Below, one piece after another: positions 58,251 to 64,000 of a stretch of DNA of 64,000 nt. Within the stretch, counting starts at the first letter, position 1. The number at the start of each line of letters is the position of its first letter. The position numbers and the translations under genes were made by a program. The DNA comes from Theionarchaea archaeon (GTDB taxonomy: Archaea; Methanobacteriota_B; Thermococci; Methanofastidiosales; SZ-28-30): assembly GCA_018992685.1 (NCBI GenBank), contig JACVGT010000018.1:256001-320000 (forward strand), read 5' to 3'. Below the pieces are notes generated by a model. That model saw only the letters and a program-made list of their open reading frames with translations, was not told the origin of the DNA and searched no databases.

Positions 58251-59314
58251 CCAAGTTCCCCCGGATTGTACCAGCACTGAGGATCAGGCTGATTGTAGTC
58301 TTCAAAGTAGCCGTAAGCAATGCATGCTGCACCCCCGTTACAGAGCCCTTGATGCTGCATGAATTTACAGGACTGACATTTTCCCTTCAAGAGTGATCGA
58401 CGTCTTCTGAAATCCCACAGGACATCATGCTTAAACCATATATCCAGAAAGGACTGCTCAAGAAGAGAACCGAGTGCGATGGGTAATCTCCTGCAGGGAA
58501 CAGCAGTTCCATCTGCCAGAACGGTAAAAGTAGATGATGCTACAGCACACGCATTTCCCAGCCGCTCTTCTCTACCGTTGTAGCGTCTCACAGCTTCTTC
58601 CGGATCAGTCAAATGAAAGAGACACCTGTTCTCCGCAATGTGAGGAGTTCCTTTCCGGGACAATTCCTGGTTCTTCTGATGGAGATACATGAGAATGTCT
58701 CTGGTTTCTTCAGGTGTCAGGACAGCATCCAGCATCTTTCCTCTCCCGATGGGAACTAGTCGGGTTAAGTACAGCGTATCCACACCCAGTTTTTTTCCCA
58801 GAGCAATAAGAGATGGAATATCCTCCTTGTTGTGAGCATGAAAGGTGTAGCTTATCGTGGTCTTGAGAGATGTACTGGCTATGATGGAGGTCAGTCCAGA
58901 TACAGCCTTTCTGAATGCTCCTTCTCCTCGTATAGAATCATTCACTGAAGGCACACTCCCGTCAAGACTCACCTGAATGGTGGTTATAGGAGGGTGAAGC
59001 TCATTCAGGTTCTCAATAATCTGCGGGGTGATGAGAGTCCCATTTGTCTCAAGAAGAACCTGGGTAACGCCTTTTGAATACAAATAGCGTACAAGTCGAA
59101 AGAGATCCTGGCGGAGAAACGGTTCTCCTCCGCTTAAGGCAAAACAGGGTGTTACTTCAAGAACTTTTAACCCTTCTATGAGCGTATCAGCAATCGTCGT
59201 GAGCTTCTCAAAGGGAAGATCCTGCATCTTTTCGTCCCTGTAACAATGCGTGCAGTGCAGGTTGCAGCGATCAGTGATGTGCCACTGCAACGTAAATCCT
59301 CGGGTTGTCTGCAT
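58247..59314 (-). CDS. Radical SAM/SPASM protein
   Basis: QWHITDRCNLHCTHCY, SGGEPF, QVSLDG; SPASM CAVA...DG...PCRRL...KCQSC...C.GG..C.A......PDPQC. Confidence 0.92.
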   Translation of the reverse strand: MQTTRGFTLQWHITDRCNLHCTHCYRDEKMQDLPFEKLTTIADTLIEGLKVLEVTPCFALSGGEPFLRQDLFRLVRYLYSKGVTQVLLETNGTLITPQIIENLNELHPPITTIQVSLDGSVPSVNDSIRGEGAFRKAVSGLTSIIASTSLKTTISYTFHAHNKEDIPSLIALGKKLGVDTLYLTRLVPIGRGKMLDAVLTPEETRDILMYLHQKNQELSRKGTPHIAENRCLFHLTDPEEAVRRYNGREERLGNACAVASSTFTVLADGTAVPCRRLPIALGSLLEQSFLDIWFKHDVLWDFRRRRSLLKGKCQSCKFMQHQGLCNGGAACIAYGYFEDYNQPDPQCWYNPGELG

Positions 59315-59486
59315 GGATGTTCACCCACACGAGTATTACGTGAGGTTATATAAGTCTTTTCTCGAGAATGGATTTTCCCGTCAGCAAGGTGTGATATTCT
59401 GAAGGAGCTTTACAGGGACAAGGATTGACGTGATAGCTCCCGATACCTTCAACAACTCTATGAGAAATAGAAAGAAAAAAAAGAAA

Positions 59487-59822
59487 TTACTGTGTGAAAG
59501 CTTTCTTCCCAGTTGCACCGATAAGAGCTCCCAGCAATGAGAGAATACCTCCAATAACCAGGATCAATGGAAGCGCTGGAAGACCTGCCACAGTATTGAT
59601 AAAAGATAGAACAGCTCCGAAATGACTGGAAATCGCAAACCTGGAAATCAAGAGCAGCCAGGCCAGTATCCCTCCTACAAATCCAAGAAGAGCTGATTTC
59701 TTGATGTCTTCGATAAGATAGCCACCCAGAATTCCAGCTATCACCACGAGAACCCAGTGGACCAAGGTCAGAGCAGCTCCCAGGACAACGATCACCACAA
59801 ATCCCAGAATGTCTTTTCTCAT
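59487..59822 (-). CDS. Small multi-TM membrane protein
   Basis: MRKDILGF...; Gly-rich TM helices; SD GGAGGGG; follows the acylase gene. Confidence 0.7.
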   Translation of the reverse strand: MRKDILGFVVIVVLGAALTLVHWVLVVIAGILGGYLIEDIKKSALLGFVGGILAWLLLISRFAISSHFGAVLSFINTVAGLPALPLILVIGGILSLLGALIGATGKKAFTQ

Positions 59823-59823
59823 G

Positions 59824-62163
59824 TTACCCCCTCCGTAGTATGAGCACAGATTCCGTGGTGTACTCTTCCAGTTCCCAAGGCAGATACTGGCTCTCCTTCC
59901 ACAATTCCACAAAATCCGCATAGTGCCTGGAGAAGGGGTTCCCGCTCTGTCCTCCAGGGTAGATGCACAGATCATGGTCGAAGTCGATGATCTCTCTCCA
60001 GGAGGGACCGCCTCTTGAGGTCCAGCCCCAGGCGACATTCACCGTGTTATTCGAGCCACCACGGGGGAACTGAGGATAGTTCAGGGCAGTAACAACAGAG
60101 CCAATCAGATGCTCCAGAGAGAATGTGTGTCTCTGACCGTAGGACCAGGCGGCGATATCTTCTGTGAATTGCTCTTTCAGTTGTTCTACAGTCTCGTGGA
60201 AGCTCTTCTGGATGATGTCGTCTCTCGTTTCCACGTCCGAGGTAGAGACGTCGTCAAAGAAGTCAGTTCTTTCGCACGTTTTCAGCATATTCTCAAGAGT
60301 TTCTGTGGTAGGATAGGGTGCATCAGGAATGCCTGCCTTCAGGTATTCATCATGAAAGGTATTCTCCCAGAGGTTGTCCATAAAGGTGTGGAAAATCAAG
60401 GGGGCCACCTGCGTATGGTCGTCATAGTAATCCCATGTTTTCAGGTAGTGCACGGCTTCTTCTTCCAAGTCGTCCTGAGGAATGACGACCTCTGTCATCA
60501 TGGGTACTATGATGGAAGCGGGAATATCGTAGACATCAGACTGGATTGTGACCATGTCCTCCATGGTGAGGAGATCTTTTTCTCGCAGCAAGGTGTTAAT
60601 TCGCTCTGCTCTGTATCGATCTGCCCAGATGAATCCCAGGTAGTAGGGATAATCAGAAGGAGCGGGAATCTGGTTTGCTGATGCGAGGTATCCTTGGTCG
60701 GGATTAAAAGCGTTCGGTAATTCTTCAAAGGGAATATACCCTGTCCAGTCATAGTCCCCAGATGCTCCATCCACAGGGGTTCTACCTGTGCCATTCTTTC
60801 TTATGGGTATTCGACCGGTGGATCTGATGGCAATGTTCCCGTGGATATCTGCGTATACGAAGTTCTGGGCTGCTACGGAAAACAGTCTAAGGCCTTGTTC
60901 GTATTCCTGGTAATTCGCAGCTTTGTTAATGAGGAGGAGGGCCTCAAATTCGGCGGTGGGCTGGAGGCCTGTCCAGCAGACGGCAAATTGTTTTCCATCT
61001 CGTTCCAAGATAGGGCCGTGGGTAGTGATATTGACGGTGAGGGTTTTGGAGTCACTTCCTTTAATATTGATGACTTCTTCTACCTGAGTCACATCATGCC
61101 AGGTGCCCTGGTGGAGGTACTGAGTTCCGTCTTCAGAAAAGGTTTCTACGTAAAAATCAATGACATCTGCACCTGTGTTGGTGAGACCCCAGGCGATAGA
61201 TTGGTTTCTCCCGATGAGGACACAGGGCGTCCCAGGGAGAGTTACACCTGCCACATTGTAGCTGGGTGAAACCACATGGACCTGGTACCAGAGGGAAGGT
61301 AGGGTTGTAGAAAGATGGGGATCATCGCACAGCATTGGCCTGCCTGACTGGGATTTCTGTGGCGAGACTGCCCAGTTGTTGCTACCGACCTGGAGAGGAA
61401 TTCTGACGGTTTGATTACTCCATAAGAGGATTTGCTTGCATGCTTCTGATAATCCGGGTATTATTGGTATTTCTATGGGTCTTTGCGAAGGGAACAATTC
61501 TTGTACTGCTTCTGGGCCCAGAGCTTCTTCCACCTTCTGGACTTCTAGATCATAGAAGGAGCCTGACAGCTCCCATCCCATCATTTTTCCAAATGTTATG
61601 GCATCTACGGGGGTATATTCTTCAGGTTTCGTTTGCAGCAGAGTGTACTCTATGGGATACCTCTTGGTGGTCTTGATGAAGTAATTAACTCCTGCGCAGT
61701 ACGCATCTGCAATCTCCTTTGACCATTGGCTCATCTGGGAGTAGGTTTCTTCAGCTGCTCTGTGCATGCCGAGAGTCCGGTAGAAAGTGTCTGACTCGTA
61801 GGCATCTTCTCCCACGATTTCTGAGAGGCGGCCTGAAGGAAGCCTCCTCTGAAGATCCATCTGGAAGAGTCTGTCCTGAGCGTGAACATATCCAAGTGTG
61901 AAGAACAGATCGAGGTCATTCTTGGCATAGATGTGAGGAATACCGTTAGAGTCTCGTTCGATGCGCACATCGTCATTGAGGCCTTGTACTGTGATTTCTT
62001 CTGTTGCGGGATGTTCAACGAATTGACTGTATTGCCAAAGTCCAGATGCGGGAGTAAGATATGGCATGATGGAGGAAACTGCATAAAAGAGAATGAGTGT
62101 TGAAGCAACGAATATTGCTAGAATTGCTTTTTGGTTCATGATATATGGATTTTCCTTTCTCAT
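59824..62163 (-). CDS. Penicillin acylase family Ntn-hydrolase (S45), secreted or anchored
   Basis: GIPHIYA, GYVHAQDRLFQM, GSNNWAV (N-terminal nucleophile Ser), DPHL, PGGQSGNP.S.HY.D. Confidence 0.93.
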   Translation of the reverse strand: MRKENPYIMNQKAILAIFVASTLILFYAVSSIMPYLTPASGLWQYSQFVEHPATEEITVQGLNDDVRIERDSNGIPHIYAKNDLDLFFTLGYVHAQDRLFQMDLQRRLPSGRLSEIVGEDAYESDTFYRTLGMHRAAEETYSQMSQWSKEIADAYCAGVNYFIKTTKRYPIEYTLLQTKPEEYTPVDAITFGKMMGWELSGSFYDLEVQKVEEALGPEAVQELFPSQRPIEIPIIPGLSEACKQILLWSNQTVRIPLQVGSNNWAVSPQKSQSGRPMLCDDPHLSTTLPSLWYQVHVVSPSYNVAGVTLPGTPCVLIGRNQSIAWGLTNTGADVIDFYVETFSEDGTQYLHQGTWHDVTQVEEVINIKGSDSKTLTVNITTHGPILERDGKQFAVCWTGLQPTAEFEALLLINKAANYQEYEQGLRLFSVAAQNFVYADIHGNIAIRSTGRIPIRKNGTGRTPVDGASGDYDWTGYIPFEELPNAFNPDQGYLASANQIPAPSDYPYYLGFIWADRYRAERINTLLREKDLLTMEDMVTIQSDVYDIPASIIVPMMTEVVIPQDDLEEEAVHYLKTWDYYDDHTQVAPLIFHTFMDNLWENTFHDEYLKAGIPDAPYPTTETLENMLKTCERTDFFDDVSTSDVETRDDIIQKSFHETVEQLKEQFTEDIAAWSYGQRHTFSLEHLIGSVVTALNYPQFPRGGSNNTVNVAWGWTSRGGPSWREIIDFDHDLCIYPGGQSGNPFSRHYADFVELWKESQYLPWELEEYTTESVLILRRG

Positions 62164-62448
62164 ATATAATTTTCTCTGATTTCAGATCGAGGGGCAGGAG
62201 AAAGAACATGATCTCAAAAGGATAGAACACATAGGATAGGAGATCATGGGAATAGAGTACGATATTAGCTGTCATTGCGGATACTATGAGTTGTATCTAA
62301 TATATAATCACAATAAGAATGGTATAGTAATTGTATGAACCGAAAAACTTATATAGCGTGACGTCGTAGTGCTAAGTGAACTGACCCAAGTGAACAGTGG
62401 CGAGAACACATGCCTTGGATGACCAGAGAATCAGGAGGAGGTTCGAAA

Positions 62449-62709
62449 ATGAAAAAGCAAAAAAAAGATATATCAGTACAAGATCTCAGGAGCCTTGATT
62501 TTGGGATGTCTGTAACGAAAAACGCAGGGAATGTAGTCATAAAAATTGTGTACAAGACTGAGATAATGAACAAATTTGCCCTTTTTGCCTCCATTCTTCT
62601 GTTTTTGTACCTTTGTTACACATTAAAAGTGGTGGGTGCCATCGAGAGTATTATCGGAGACATGATCGCTGCTCTTCTTATCTATCTGAAGAAAGACTCC
62701 AAGAATTAG
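62449..62709 (+). CDS. Small membrane protein (86 aa)
   Basis: SD GGAGGAGG; own TATA (CTTATATA about 62348); 1-2 TM. Confidence 0.55.
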   Translation: MKKQKKDISVQDLRSLDFGMSVTKNAGNVVIKIVYKTEIMNKFALFASILLFLYLCYTLKVVGAIESIIGDMIAALLIYLKKDSKN

Positions 62710-62794
62710 ATGCTCCCGTGACTCTCACAAGGGAGGAGATCGTGTAGATGGACAGCAATCTCCAGAAGCTGTTTCAATCGAAAAAACGGCCTTC

Positions 62795-63790
62795 CTATGT
62801 GTGTTCTTTAATGAATGCTTCAAAGGATGGGCAGAATATTCTAGTCCTATCTTCTGTTAGGAGACTTCTTCTGTCAAAATTATCGGAGACTGGCTTTGGT
62901 ATATCATAGTCGTATGAGGCAAGTTTCTTGAGTGCTTCTTTTTCACTTGAGTCTGAATGCTGCCAGAGGTAACTAAAGAACTCTTCTGTCTGATCAGCGA
63001 ATTCCTTTAAGATTTTTTCTTGATTGATATCGGAGGACCTCTTATGATTAAAAACGATACTGGAAAGTGTTTGAAGAAGGAAAGGATGGTAGTAGGCTTG
63101 TTCAAGAATGAAATCCACATGATCTACAAGATCTACACCTGCCCTCCTAGAGGGCTCAATTACCAGTCTCTTAGCTTCGGATTCTTCCAAGAACTTAAGA
63201 TAGGATATATTGAGAGCATTGAAGAAAGGTGAAGAGAACGTGCTTCTGAATTTTTCTTCTCTTAAAAGATGTTGAAGTGGTGTTCTTGAAAAAAGGATGA
63301 ACGATATGTCGTAATTCTGCGTCAGAGCTCGTATGAATTCGAAAAATCCTCGGTCAATATTCTTGTTAGAAGCGGTAGCTTCAAATTCATCTAGGAGGAT
63401 GATAATCTTGAGGCCAGTTTCAGTAACATCTCTGACAAAGGTTCTGAAATTCATGTATCCCGGTTCTGTGAGCACAGTTCCTGAGGTCTTCGATACAGCT
63501 TTTGCCCACTCATCAAAGAAGGCTGCTGGAGGCGCATTAGGGAAAAGAGTCACATCTGTCCCTACAAAGACAAAGGATTCAATATTGGCATCAATGTATT
63601 TCTTCTTGACATCTCTGGTCAATAGCTGATTGAGAAGCGATGTCTTTCCTATTCTCCTCTCTCCAATTATGCAGTGAGACTGCATCTGTTTTCGTGCAGT
63701 GTCCTCAAAAATCCTTTTCATGATACCCTCTCTTCCATAAAAGCCTTCAGGGTCTTTCACCGGAGTCCGTGTAATGTAGGGGTTTTCCAT
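62795..63790 (-). CDS. Archaeal-ATPase/STAND-like P-loop ATPase
   Basis: NPY...P......FYGRE, GERRIGKTS, ILLDEF, SPFFN, HPFLLQ. Confidence 0.85.
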   Translation of the reverse strand: MENPYITRTPVKDPEGFYGREGIMKRIFEDTARKQMQSHCIIGERRIGKTSLLNQLLTRDVKKKYIDANIESFVFVGTDVTLFPNAPPAAFFDEWAKAVSKTSGTVLTEPGYMNFRTFVRDVTETGLKIIILLDEFEATASNKNIDRGFFEFIRALTQNYDISFILFSRTPLQHLLREEKFRSTFSSPFFNALNISYLKFLEESEAKRLVIEPSRRAGVDLVDHVDFILEQAYYHPFLLQTLSSIVFNHKRSSDINQEKILKEFADQTEEFFSYLWQHSDSSEKEALKKLASYDYDIPKPVSDNFDRRSLLTEDRTRIFCPSFEAFIKEHT

Positions 63791-63791
63791 C

Positions 63792-64000
63792 TTACTCACC
63801 TGTGAAGCTCCCATTTTCTGTTATCCAATCTTCTAATAAGAGGATACTGAAATCATAGAAGGCTGAAGGCCCCCCTGATCTTGTTACAATGCCTTTTTCC
63901 CTTAGATTGCCAAGCAGATTTATCAACTCCCATGTCTTCATTTTCATGCCCCTCTCCTTCAGAGAGATCTCAAGTTCTCTCAACTCGACGGACCGCATAT
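63792..64000 (-). CDS. C-terminal wHTH-like end of an upstream protein (probably another ATPase), partial
   Basis: L..L...GIV......YDFSI.LL.DWI; open to the window edge. Confidence 0.55.
   Translation of the reverse strand, partial: MRSVELRELEISLKERGMKMKTWELINLLGNLREKGIVTRSGGPSAFYDFSILLLEDWITENGSFTGE

Noticed and set aside
59823-60038. N-terminal extension of track ORF 59487-60038, and the many short antisense ORFs in the track
   Set aside because: They overlap well-supported genes, lack SD sites or motifs, and are best explained as shadow ORFs.

Overview
Archaeal genomic DNA from a probably anaerobic organism. Evidence: aIF-1A, aIF-2beta, RIO1, Nmd3, archaeal TyrRS, DGGGP synthase, BRE/TATA promoters and GGTGA-type SD sites. 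A Thermococci/Theionarchaea-like lineage is plausible but is inference only. The window holds a conserved translation/ribosome-biogenesis cluster (1-4.0 kb), an oxidative-stress/iron operon (6.2-10 kb) with a decayed peroxiredoxin, archaeal signalling proteins plus pstSCAB and an acyl-CoA synthetase (12.7-21.3 kb), a large CHAT-NTPase-TPR protein, assorted metabolic genes, a patchy region next to tRNA-Thr(GGT), and uvrC. The main finding is a candidate archaeal RiPP gene cluster at about 50.8-59.3 kb. It has two unannotated paralogous 25- and 32-aa precursor peptides sharing EIDQCMCCA, each with its own promoter, SD and terminator. Around them lie a radical SAM/SPASM maturase, a stand-alone PqqD/RRE, a methyltransferase, an HExxH protein, an MFS exporter, and an adjacent rSAM-SPASM / Lon-like protease / rSAM-SPASM operon. 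Other items missed by the ORF track: an eL41(eS32)-like ribosomal peptide, rubredoxin, several probable non-AUG starts (including CTG on aIF-1A), a candidate sRNA, a type-I-toxin-like small ORF, and a homopolymer-frameshifted gene. All calls come from reading motifs by eye; no database searches were run.
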